Assembly: GCA_044892525.1 (NCBI GenBank)
Contig: CM097887.1
Span: 10,230,001 to 10,294,000, forward strand
Reading direction: 5' to 3'
Length of the DNA: 64,000 nucleotides
From: Schmidtea polychroa
Lineage: Eukaryota
Below the pieces are notes generated by a model that saw nothing but the letters and a program-made list of their open reading frames with translations, did no database searches and was not told where the DNA came from. How positions within the stretch are numbered: the stretch's first letter is position 1; every line of letters starts with the position of its first letter. A program made the position numbers and the translations under genes. This document shows positions 35,513-47,578 of this stretch, piece by piece.

Positions 35513-38500
35513 CCTCTACTTCTATCTCTATTTCGAACATCGAATATACTGTTTTAACGAGACGTTTCAAAACGTCCTTAGTTTCGTCTACATCTTGTTC
35601 TAACCTCAATAAATATTTCTTTATTTCATATAAAGTTCTAACTTGCTTCTTTTTGCTTTCACCATTTGTTTCGCTTTCTGGTACAAGTGACTCTCCTTAT
35701 ACTGTTTCTGTAGACTGATCTTTTTTATCCAGCTCCTTCTGACCATCACCACTAACGATTTCCTCAATTTCTTGATTTACATTTACTTCTTCACCTTGTG
35801 CTTCTGTGTCAGACTCGCTGGACTTAATCTTGATTTCTAAACTTATTCCCTTTACTACAACTATATGGTTCACTAAATATCCCGCTCGTCCATTTCGGAT
35901 CAAACATCCATTTTCTCTCAGCTCTTGTGGAATACATCCGCGATCATATAAATATTCATCATCATCACCTTTGTACATTACTATAATAATTCCATCTTTC
36001 CCCATCGTTTCAGCTGCTCTCTTCCGTTATTTTCGAACCTTTGTACACCAATGCTCGTCTATATATTCCGTTTTTCCATATCCCTCATATTCTAATGCTA
36101 TCAAAAATGGCTTTAATTCAACTCTTGCCTTCCTGAGCTCCTTGCCCAATCTCTGTAATAAATCTCTTAACATTTTAGCATATCTGGTTTTTACATATAA
36201 ATATGGTCGTATTGCATTTGCAATTTCTATTTTATCGTTTTCTTCAAACTCTGATTTGTCAATCATTTGTAATTTCTCATTTATTTCGTCTTCATTTCCA
36301 ATATATAGCGCGTCATTCAATTTCTCTAGTATATCATTTGAACTTTTTACTATTTCCTCACTACTACTCATGCTCATTTCATCGCCACTCACTACACTTA
36401 CCATTTTTAATTCATTTCTACTTCCGGGTATAAATCCACAATCTACTGTTGGGATATGCAAGGGAAAAAAGATTAACCTCATTACCAAACATACAAATCA
36501 TCATCGTTCCCCTCAGGCCATTCCCCGACATACTCCAGATGATCTTGCTGATATTCCCGCGTGTGAGCCCGTGGTGATGTTCCACGTTGGTACTGCCCGC
36601 ACGGGTCGGAAGAGGTTAGCAGGCGAGCCCCTGCCTTAGGACTACTCCTAACCCCTTCTCAGTTCGGATTCCACGGTGCCTTAGAAGGACTTACCCCTTT
36701 CTGCACTTGTACTTGGTCCGACCCTGGTCCAAGGGAACGACCTTCATTCAATGACACATTTTCAGTTTATCAACCGATCCATACATTTCACCCATCACTC
36801 TCACAAACATATCATCCAATACAAAGAAAATTTTATTGTTTACATTGCATACCTCTATTACCAAAAACAAAAAATCTTACACCAATATTTAATGAAATGA
36901 CAATCAAAACTACAGATAAGTTATTTCACACAAGAGGGTTAGTCAATAGGTCTATCGAGAGCAAGAAATAGGTATTGTCGTTGTATTGACTCATCAGAAG
37001 ACTTCTCCGTCGGCGAATACTTCGTCTATATCCACAGGTAATCGGCGATCCGCGAGATACTTGATACCATCGGCCGGAACTACTCGGAATATTTCCTTGG
37101 CCGGAATCACGTGAGAATTCGAGATTTCTTTGATGGTGGACTGGGCCACTGATAATGAAGCCTCCAGCGAAGCGATGGCATTCCTACGTTTTTGATTTTT
37201 CGCGGCACGCGTCGGCCGCTTGCGTTTCCGATTTGATGACGAGGGGTCGACCGCTTGTTGTGTCGAGTGAGGCTGCAGAACCGGAGCCAAAATGGGGTCC
37301 GATGGGCCTTTTGACATGGGCCTGGCGCTTGAGAGAGACGGAGCGAAAATGGGAGATTATTGGGAGCCATGTCCCTTGCAGCTGGTTGTCGATGGAACTA
37401 CGGACATTTGATGGTGTATTGGGAACACGTTTGTTCCGTCCTGGATCGGATATTCCCGAACTCGCTTTGAAATTTCGACATCAGTGTATATCTTGTGCAA
37501 GGCCTCTGATTGGGCTTTTATCGTGAGCCTCTGGCACCTGCTTTACTCTAGGAGACTGTCACGGCAGTGCTCCAGTCTTAATATCTTGTTTCGCTCCTAC
37601 TTCATTTGTGGCGGGGAGAACCACGTGCCTTCATAGAGGTCTTTGCGTTTCTTCAAGGCCCCGATGTAGAGATGCAACTTCCTAATATCTTCGTTCTTGT
37701 CCGAACACGAGAAGCATGGGCGCAAATCCTTTCCTGATTTGATCGGTGTGGTCATCTGAAGATAAAGAAGGTTCCTGTTAAGATTACAAGAAAATCATTT
37801 GTGTATTCGTTGACGGATCTCTCGTGAGATCATGGTAACTCCCTCGACATATAACTCGATGACCCTCAGAAGAACTTCGACGGATTGTAGACATACGAAG
37901 TATTACTTACCACCAACAACCTGTTCACCCAAAGCAAATCATACAAGCTAGGAAAAGGAACGGGACCCATAACAAGCATATATTCACTGTATTAGCAATA
38001 TTCTAAATATTTGAAACTTGATAAATCCTTCTTTAGTTATCTCCTAATTCGGGCAAACCACTTATTTTTGAAATTTAAAAATCATTTATTATCATTCACA
38101 TCACCCTTATATTAGTTGTATGGTGATTATTCAACCACGTTATTATCGCTCGACGTGTCTGGTATTGAATTAAATGGGCACTCTTTAAAACACAATGTAA
38201 ATTCTATTTACATAAAATATTTATTTGCGAAATAATCTAATTTAATTTAACGCCGTGGAAGTAGTCATAGAAACCACTGATTAGATCACTGTTCTTTGCT
38301 ATGATTCGAGAAAATGCATGCTGGAATTAAAAAAAAAAAAATCAAATTTTATTTTAGTAAATTCGGACTGGCCATAAGGCCGAAGGGGGGAACTTCCCGC
38401 CACTTAATTTTTCTTTTTTCTTATTACTTCAATTCTTCTATTGCAGGAGTTGGAAACTCCCGCAATTGGACGTTTGTTCTCCGGTAAGCTTCGTACGGGC

Positions 38501-39202
38501 GAGAGAAGATAATCATGGCCAAGCATATTCCCGATCGGCCATGGCCCGCATATCAGCACCGGACATTCATTCGTAGATTAGGCTTTCTTGTTTTCGCTAT
38601 CTCTCTCTGGTGAGATTATTATTACTGTTTAGGAGCATTCAATGCCTCTTTCTGATAAGTTAAATGCTGTATTCTAAAAATTAGTTATTTTTTCGGAGTA
38701 GAAAGACTCCATTTGCGATTGTTGTAGCGTTACTATAGATACAATATTATAATATATATAGAATGTGGTAATTAGGAAGGAGCGATTATAGTATTGATAT
38801 GAACGCAAAATGGTACCACCAGTTGGGCGGAGCCTTTACAAAGACTCCTACAGGTACCAAACTGATAGTACCTTTACCATATTGCTAAATGGGCGGGATT
38901 CCTACAAGAGTCCCTACATCAACCCTTTCAGCAATAACCAAGAGTATTATATACATATATTTATCAATATAACGAGATTTATATATTATTGTATTATTAA
39001 AAAGTATATTTACGTTTATTAGTTTATTTAATTTTATTTATGGTAGTTTATTTATATTAAATAAATTAATCATATTAAATTATATTAGTTTATTTATTTT
39101 GTTTTTATTAGTTTATTAAATAGATTATTTATATTAGTTTATTGGTGTTGGAAGAAATAAATTCATTTTTACAAAACATCAAAAAAAAAACAAAAGTAAA
39201 GG

Positions 39203-42200
39203 TTATTTTATTTTATTTTATTTAATATATGTACTTAGAGTCGATATCAAAGATCATAGCAGATATAGTACAGATAAGTCGATATATATAGTAGATGTAG
39301 GACATATAAAGGTGACGGTTTGATGATATAATATTACCATAATGGACAAATAAATAAGGATTAATAGATAAGAAGTACTTTTATTATAGTTTAATTAATT
39401 AGTCGATGTATGTGTGCTCGCGATATGTATGGTAGCTACTGACAATGGCTGCCGTGCATGCTACTCTTGAGATTGATTTTATCTCTTTTTTGGTTAGTCC
39501 TATTATTTTAAGTCTTGTATCGTTTTCCTTATCCCACGATCCAAGAGTACCTACTACAAGTGCTGCAACTGTTGTTTTACATTTATATGCGTGGCCTATT
39601 TCAAGTGCCAGATTTTTATATTTTTCAAAATTATTATCCCTAGCTATTTTAAAGTTTTCACGATTTTCGTAAGGTACTTTAATGTCTAGGATATGTATTA
39701 GGGAGTTCCTGGACGATTTAATTATTATGTCGGGTTTAAGTGTAGTTTTGACACCTTCGGGGCAGATTTCAATGTCCATTTTGAAGTTTAGTTGGGTCAG
39801 GAGGTCAGTGACAGCTTCAAGTACACGCGAGTGTTTATTTCTCCGTGCATTTATTTTTACAGGGCAATGATTGAATATGTGGGCCTGTGTTTCAGGAAAG
39901 GCTCCACATTGTCTGCAAAAAGTGCTTAAATTGCCTTTTATTCTATGTGGAGTATATTTAAGGTTGAGAATATTGTTTCGTGCCCTTAAGAGGAAAAGAA
40001 ATTGGGCATCGTTTAGAGTATCAGTTTTTATAAAGTAGTCTGCTGTTGTACTATCAGAGATGGATTTGGCTATGTGTCCTTGACAGGTAAGGAGGCACCA
40101 CCTTTCAGTGTGTATCAGGCTTATTATTGAATGAAGTTCGGAAGATGTATCAGATAAGTTAGACGATGAGAAGTAATTAATACGGTCCTTATATATTATC
40201 TCTAATTGGTATTCGTCTTCTAAAAGGACTATTTTGGTGTGTATGGCGTATTTTATGCGAAGGCGATTGGATGCTTTGCGGAATTTTACAAAGAACGAAA
40301 AAGTAGGAAATGATTTTGAAATCTCGTCATTGACCCATAGGAATGCGGCTTCCATATTACCCATTCCACGAGATTCCGCCAGTTCATCAAGAACTAGTTT
40401 TCGGAACCCAAGGTCGACCGAATTCAAGGCTCGAATGAGATGGATGATACTCTGTATCAGATATTCATCTATTGCAGATGTGAGCCCAAGGCCTCCCATT
40501 TTAGTTGAGGCATATAAAAAGTTATTATTAATATTAATAATTCTGTCACCTATAAAAGTCTTTATTATAATTTTTATTTTTTGGTCAAACCCTTTTTGGG
40601 GTTTTCTATATTTAATAATATTATCCTTATGAGAATCAAGCATATTGTGAGCTATTTCGCAATTACGTAAGGTGAAAGAAAGACGTGAGTGGATAAAGAT
40701 CTTATAGGCATTAAGTTTTTGCGAGGGATGTAGATGAGAGTCGAAGATAGACTTTGTGTCTTTTATGGCATTATCGAGTCTTTCATCTATGTTATGGCTC
40801 AGTTTGAAAGAAAAATCAACTCCAAGATATCTGTAAAGGTTGGAGTCATCAATTCGCGGAATAAGTTCATTATAAAGTTTTATAGGAGAATATTCATAAT
40901 CATGGTTAATGTGAAAGTAACCAGATTTAGAGGGTTTGAATCGAAGGTTAGCCATAGAAGCGAGACGTACAGTTTCGAGAAGAGCGACGTTTATAGAGGT
41001 ATATGAATTAGCAACAAGGACAATGTCATCCGCATAAGCAAGTATGCCGACATTATGACCATGGAAAAGAAATGGATGATTTTGCAAGATATTACGTAGT
41101 ATGAAGTCTATAGATAAACAGAAGAGGGTCATAGACAGGGGACAGCCCTGTTTTACACCCTTAACAATTGGTACAGAAGAGGATTTTTCCCCCTCGCAGT
41201 CAAATATAGTATTTACGTTGCTATACATATCCTGTAGTAGCAAGATGGTTTTTGAGTCAAGACCCATTTGGGAGAGGGTGTGCCAAATTAGATCATGAGG
41301 GAGCGATCCAAAAGCGTCAGAGATATCTAACCATATAATGTGGAGGTCAGTTTTTTTTACGAAAGGAGGATTCCTTAAGAAGATGTAGGATAAAGTTATG
41401 CTCAGAACAACCATCTGGAGCACCAATGGCTTTTTGGTTGCATGTCAATAAATTACCGTCTTTGATCCACGATAAAAGGCGGTTATTTAGGAGGGAAGAG
41501 AAGATGCGATATGCAGTGTTCATTAAGGAGATGGGGCGCCAAGAGCTGGCCTCGTGACTGATTTTAGCTTTACCATTTTTCAGTAGGAGTTTCGTACGGA
41601 AAGTTTTCCAGGATGATGGGCAATTGCGGTTGCGTAAGATGTTGTTACAGAGCGATAGAATGAAGCTGAAGTCAGGTGAGATTTTTTTCCAATCAGCCAA
41701 AGTGATTCCATCGAGTCCTGGAGCAGTGTTTTGAAGTTGTGAGAAAATGAATTTGATATCATTCAAGGCAAAAGGAGTGGATGAGAGTTTTTCCGGTAAA
41801 GATGGAAGGTTTTTAATAAGATCCGTATTGCAGTGTGCGGAAGTACCTGCGAAAAGTCTCACAATATTAGACATAGTTGGTTTGCTACACTCAACTTTAT
41901 TATTTAAGATCTTTGTTATCTCCTCTTTAGGTTTAGTTTTATATTTAAAACGTTTAATGCAGAGCAGTTCATTTTTTGTCCTAGTTTTCTTATGGACAAT
42001 GTCTGCAGGTTTTTTAATTTTATATTTATCAGGAGAAATAAATGAATTTATTTTTTGCATTTCATTAAGGGCTGTTTCACAGTCCATATTATTATTATTT
42101 AAATTAATTATTATGCTTTTAATAAGTGGGGAATATTTTTTAATATTATCTTTAGGTATTTTATGAGAAATATAGTTTTCGATAACAGTTCTGATATATT

Positions 42201-43071
42201 TTTGCATGATATCAATTTTAGGAGTAGTTAATTTTGTATTTCTTATTAGGCATTTGATGAAGTGGCACACAAAAAAGGCAGATTCGTTTGAGGAAGAGCA
42301 ACGGGGGTACTCATATTTAGTGAGTCTAATTGTGATTGGTGAGACGATTTTTTGAAGATCAAGAATGGTATTAAGTATGCTATTTGCTAGAGATAAGTGT
42401 ATGGAGTGGCTATCATCAAGTAAAGGATCTATTATAACAGCAAGATGTCTCCGCTTATCAAGATAGAAGAAAAACCAGTTGTCTTTGCCGTTTGACATTG
42501 GCATAATGATTTCGTTCCACTCAGCGAAATCTTTGAAAGGGAAGGAAGAAAAGAAAGTTATGTAATTGTGTTGGATTAGAGCGTTACCAACAAAGGGGTC
42601 AACGAAGATGGTGGATTTTTTGATGGCGAAGGAGTAAACGAATGCCTTTATTGTGTGCTGGGACCATCAGGCTGACTCCTTATCAACATTATTAGTGAAT
42701 AAGCAATCATCTGGTATATCCCTACTAAATTCAATATTAATCATATCTTCATCTGAAGAAGTTAGTTTTGCTTCCTGGGTGTTTACAGGCACCTCCGGGG
42801 TGTTTACAGGTATCTCGAGGTTAACTGCAATCACCTCCTGGGTGTTTAGAATATTGTTTAATATATTATCATTAATATCCATGGATACAGGCATTTCGGC
42901 GGTATGATTTTGTGATGTTAGTGGGATATTATTAGTGTTAGGTGGTATTGGGTGTCTTTGGGCTATATGATTTATAATGTCATCTATTGGGACCCAGCAA
43001 TTGTAGTAGGAAACAAAATCCACTAGCAAGCAATTTTTCCTATCCGATCTCGTCGTAACTTCGTTACTCAA
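39203..43071 (-). mobile_element. RLE-type non-LTR retrotransposon (NeSL/Utopia-like) nested in the LTR element; 5' end not defined
   Basis: One ~1220-aa frame 43071->39399 with one stop (42667) and one homopolymer frameshift (~41350). Ulp1-like domain; RT (WRPISL, WLDISDAFGS, GVKQGCPLS, YADD, YRYLG); CRQCG..ETQAHIFNHC; PD..D..KY endonuclease; (TAAAA)n tail at 39203-39223. Confidence 0.92.
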
Positions 43072-45116
43072 TTTACTACCTATGGTTTCAGTGTGTTCAG
43101 AAATGACGTCACCGCCTTACACTTTGTCTGGGAGTTAGTAGATGCACATGTGTGTATTGTTAGAGTTATTTGTCGTCGCATGTAGGTTGGCTGCTGGATT
43201 TTATGTGAATGGAAAAAAAAATCTATAATAGGAATTATGACATCGATGTTCTAATTTTTAGATTTTCGCCGTGTTGATCGACTCGATTCCAACTCCACGA
43301 TTGTTATCCTATTAGCCATATTTACTCCGATAGTCGTCGATAAACGCATTTATGAAGAAGTCGTTATCCGATAATCTATAACGGGGTGTATTTGGAAAAT
43401 AGCTTATCTATCCACTACCGTTCGATTGTAGGAGAATAGGATTGTAAGATAAATTTTCAACGACTGGCCGATTCACGGATTTTCTCAAGACTGTCGTGCG
43501 TATTTACACTGGTTATCGCAAAACTTTGATATTTTTTCTAGGCGAACGAGTTGACGACGATGACAGCTTTTCAACGTTTGTTTGCCGATTTCTTTCGAAT
43601 CGGATAAAAGAAAAATCGGAGTGATAGATCTACCCGCTAACGTCTTAGCGGTGTGCATCCCTAAAGAATTTTGTTCTTAAGAAAGCTACGACGAACCTCA
43701 TGGATATTTTTAAGCAAAACATAGTCCTCTATCATTTAAATGGTTTTAGCAATAACTCGTCCATCAGCGTCGAAAGTGACAAAGTTCATTGAAAACGATT
43801 GAATTCGCGGGAATGCTTGGACATATGCAGCTTTTTCCTGGACTTCCTATGGAATTCCTCTTCCTATCGAGATGAATGACAATTATTCCCTTATGAAAAG
43901 AATCCTCGAGAGTAAATGATCTCACTCGGCGAAAAGGTTCCTCTCAGTTCCATTGTCATCGTCTACCAGATGTCCTCACCCTTCCTGACCCACCCAAGAA
44001 CGGCATACATCTCTGCCACCATTCTTGGACCGTCAGGAAGGACGATTCTATCTCTCCAAACCTCAATCATTGATATATCATGAACGATTATCAAACGAAA
44101 AATAAATCATATAGTTTACAAGATGGATTAATATTACTAGAAAAAATTATTTACCTGGCGACCACGCCGCCTGAATCTCGAACATGATGTTACATCGTGA
44201 TACTTATCGCACATTAACATTTCATTCCCAGTGAGGTTAATTTCATTCAAATTCTCGATTCAACATCTTCGTTTCTTATCGTTCGCTCCCAAGCATTTCC
44301 TTGCAAATTCATTCGAGTCTCCGCATCATGTCCGATCTCCAGACAACATCGTCGCCAGCATCATAGAGAGAGAACATCTTTGTAATCAATAGATTTTTAT
44401 TAAAAATAAAGTATTTTATTTAATCATTTTTATGTAAATCAATCGTAAATCAAACTTCATTCATCCCACCTACTATTAGTTTCTCCTCGAGAGTATTGAA
44501 AATGAGGTCTAGATTTTTCTCTTCCAAGTTAAGCGTCCTATTATTTTAGATGTAGTCCCTGTAAATCTGTTCAATGACGTTTGATAAGTGGTTCCTGTAT
44601 GATTCGTAGATCCTAGTCTGTAGAGCAGTTTGGGTAAATGGTCAATTCAATAAACTAAAATTTTTACCTGTAGAGCAGTTTGGTTAAATGGTACTCTACA
44701 GATATTTTCTATTTCTTTTATATTATTTTTCGTCCAATCAGGACACGACTTGTGTGTAATATTATTATTTATTATTATTTTTATGTTTTTTAATAAAATA
44801 TGGTATATTTTAATAACTTTTCTTATTTTTATTATTATTTTAGTTATTTTCCTATTTTTTATTATTTTCCTCCTGTTTTTTCCTGTGACCTTATTGTTTT
44901 TTTGGTTATAGTATAATTTTTTGTTTTAATTAGTTTATATATTTATTTGATAATGATTTACTTTATTTTATTTCCTAATTTCTGGTTTATTTTTCTTAAA
45001 TTTATTATTTTATTTCCTTCTGCTATTATGTGTGGTGAGTTATTTTCTTTTTCGTCTTATAAATTTTATTATTTTATTAGTTATTTTTATTCCCTTTATT
45101 TCCTATTTCTGTTATG

Positions 45117-47115
45117 TTAATCTAATTTAGTTGTTCTTTTATTTTCCGCGCTCTTCGCGAAATTTATTTTATCCCCTTTATTCATCTTTAACCTGATTTC
45201 CAATACTCTCGAAGCTTGGCCCAACACTACCAAGAATTCATCGTTTTCTAGCGGTCTATCATTAAATCTCAATTCTATCATGCCTCCTTCCCGTTTCTCT
45301 TTTAATTTAATTTTTAAATCATTCACGCTATCATTTGCCTCACAACGACAACAGATTATACTTTTATCAATCTCATCTACTACTTCTACAAAAATGAAAT
45401 CAAACCCTTTATTTTCCCTTAACATCTTTCCAAACATTTTCATTAATTCCTTAATTTCGTCTTCATACTTTGGATTCATGTTATAATAGTTAACACACAA
45501 GCTAATTACACTTTTTGTCTTTCTTATGCTCAAGGATATTTGACTTAATTCCTTCAACGATTTAATTATTTTGGCCGACTCTATTTCATTATTTCCAATT
45601 AATTTTTTTAATTCTTGTCATAATCATTGTTGCTTTTTCATTTTCTAAGTCATCTTTTATAACTTTCTTTTTCTCCTTTCCATTCAATTCTTCCGGTGCC
45701 TCATACATCATGTGATTATTATAGTCCTCGTCTGATTCAAACTTTGACATCAATAGATCTAAACGTCGACCCATTTCTCTCACTTCGCTTTCAATTATTT
45801 CATTAAAATTATCTGGCTGAACAAAAGCCACATTATCTGTCTGTGGTTTGTCACTTTGAAACCTAATCGACATCTTTAATATCGGCCTTTGAAATTTATC
45901 CGTATTCCTTGGACATGATCTGGCCATGTGTCCATAACCTCTGCATGAGTGGCACTGAATTTGTCCTTGTAAATTTAATTTATCTCTCTGCGGTGATGGT
46001 GATGTTGACGTTGATCTTGATCTGGCAAAACAATTTCGTGACATATGCCCTTTCCTTCCGCAATTATAGCACTGCAAATTCTCATTATTCCGCTGATCAT
46101 TGATATTCATTTTGGTGAAACTTTTCCCACCATTTCCTTTTAACCAATCTGGCCACATTTGCCTTGGACTACGTTGTACATTATTTTTGGACCAGCACTG
46201 ATTGCTGTCATGACCCATTCTTTGGCAATTATCACACTAAATTGGAATTGGGTTTCTCTGTACTCTATTTTTAAACCAACATTGGTCAACATAGTGTCCA
46301 ATCCTTTGACAATGACTACATTGAATAGGGCCTTCTTTTCCATCAATTTGAATATCTGTTGATTTGTTCGACTGAAATTTTGATCTAAAGTTTGGTGATG
46401 GACTACTTGTTTGTTGAAACCGATTGTTTTTAGATGGAGTTATTGATCTTTCCCTTTCGCCAGATATGACTGCAAACGACTCTGATTTCGACTGCGTACT
46501 TTTCAAATTCAACTCAATTTTCATTGCCTTTTTAATCAATTCATCAAAGTCATTAAAATCAACATAACACAAAGCCTTTTTAATTTCTTTCTTTACTCCG
46601 GACAAAAATTGATCCTGTAGCAACTCTTTTACTTGCTTTGCCATCTCAGCCTGTTCTGGTTTCACTTCGAATGCTTTCTCTGCAAGGGTTGTTAAATGAT
46701 AAGCAAACTCGCTTACGGATTCCTCTGACTTTTGTACACGGTTATAGAATTTCTACCGCATCATCCTTTTTATATCTCCTCCTATTAATTTAGCTGCAAG
46801 TGCGTCTTTCAACTTTGTCCAACCATTTGCTATTAATTTTTTATCAATTTGTTGCCATGCTTCTCTGGCTGCTCCTTTCAGGTATAGCGGTAATCTTTGA
46901 ACCATTATCGATTGGCTCCATCCATAGGCTGTCGCATACATATAATAATCTGCCATGAAGTCGACAAATGCCAACGGATCTCCCCCATACTGATCTACAG
47001 GTAGTTTTTGACAACTCGCATAGTCACTGCCTTCCTTGGCATTCCCCACAGAAACTGTGGACACGGGAGTTTCATCATTATTATTTGTATTATTAACTTG
47101 TCTTTGGGTACTCAT
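45117..47115 (-). pseudogene. LTR element ORF1: gag (capsid, four CCHC knuckles) + C-terminal ubiquitin-like domain; two TAG stops and one frameshift
   Basis: YGGDP..F..Y..A.AYGW..LPLYLKGAAREAW and QKSEESVSEFA..L..LA..QFLSG. Knuckles CSHCQRIGHYVDQC, CDNCQRMGHDSNQC, CYNCGRKGHMSRNC, CHSCRGYGHMARSC. ATG at 47115. Confidence 0.92.
45174..45401 (-). CDS. Ubiquitin-like domain at the gag C-terminus
   Basis: IFVEV..SIICCRCEANDSVNDLKIKLKEK..IELRFNDRPLENDEFLVVLG..VLEIRLK aligns by eye to ubiquitin (IFVK..[43 protein letters not shown]). No C-terminal GG. Confidence 0.65.
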
Positions 47116-47551
47116 TATATTCTCTACTAGTTTTTGGCTTCTCAATTTATAAAATGATCTGGTTAACACAGGTTTTACTCGTCTAAAATTTAAAGTATTG
47201 CAATTACAAAATTTACCTTTCGTTTTAATTTTGACTTTTCAATAATCAATATCCACAATTATTATTTTCACAAATCACCACTTTAATAATTTTCCAAAAA
47301 TATTCACCACTCTTAAATCAAATTTTTAACTTTAATATATGTATTTTTACCTTTTATCAATTTACAATACTTTCCCAATCTCAACAAATTTTTATCAACT
47401 TTTTATCACGTCAGTATTATTCGATATTTCAATCAAATATTTTTACACTTTAAACGAATTTTCACCAACTTTGGAACACGTTTTGAATCACTTCTGTATT
47501 GTTCGATATTATAGTCAAATACTTTCACAATTTCAACAAATTTTCACCGAC

Positions 47552-47574
47552 TTCAGATCACGTCGGGCTCACCA
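47552..47574 (-). promoter_or_regulatory. Primer-binding site complementary to the tRNA-Trp 3' end
   Basis: Plus strand TTCAGATCACGTCGGGCTCACCA resembles eukaryotic tRNA-Trp ...TTCAAATCACGTCGGGGTCACCA. Lies 4 nt inside the 5' LTR boundary. Confidence 0.9.
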
Positions 47575-47578
47575 AATA

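Larger units (their letters stand above)
31299..36404 (-). pseudogene. LTR element ORF2 polyprotein (accessory-Bcl2-glycoprotein-protease-IN tail-membrane protein), with 3 stops and 3 single-base frameshifts
   Basis: ORFs 36027..36488 and 35697..36005 (same frame, reading on to ~35515), 34277..35512 and 31637..34276 (same frame), 31468..31653 and 31299..31523 join into one ~1700-aa frame. Likely start AAAATGGTA at 36404. Confidence 0.8.

Noticed and set aside
35806-36639. 277-aa plus-strand ORF and other antisense ORFs over ORF2, the LINE and the transposases
   Set aside because: Shadow frames of minus-strand coding regions with no recognisable motifs.
36960-37000. Hammerhead-like CTGATGA-GTC-loop-GAC on the minus strand
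   Set aside because: Followed by AATAC rather than the essential GAAAC, and no convincing stems I/III.
38480-38940. Possible decayed dUTPase (LVPVGVFVKAPPNWW..., IANGVF) on the minus strand within the LTR element
   Set aside because: Conserved motifs RS, GVIDxDYxG and RGxxGFGS are all absent and the frame has several stops. Only an HMM search on a family consensus could rescue it.
44618-44701. tRNA-like D-arm motif CTGTAGAGCAGTTTGG repeated twice
   Set aside because: No cloverleaf or B-box. Better explained as duplicated minus-strand splice acceptors (CTGCTCTACAG).
5318-45401. Shared ubiquitin/SUMO theme (Rpn2 with SIM/SUMO repeats, dead Ulp1, gag Ubl)
   Set aside because: The three modules belong to independent entities (host retrocopy, LINE, LTR element), so co-location is most simply coincidence.
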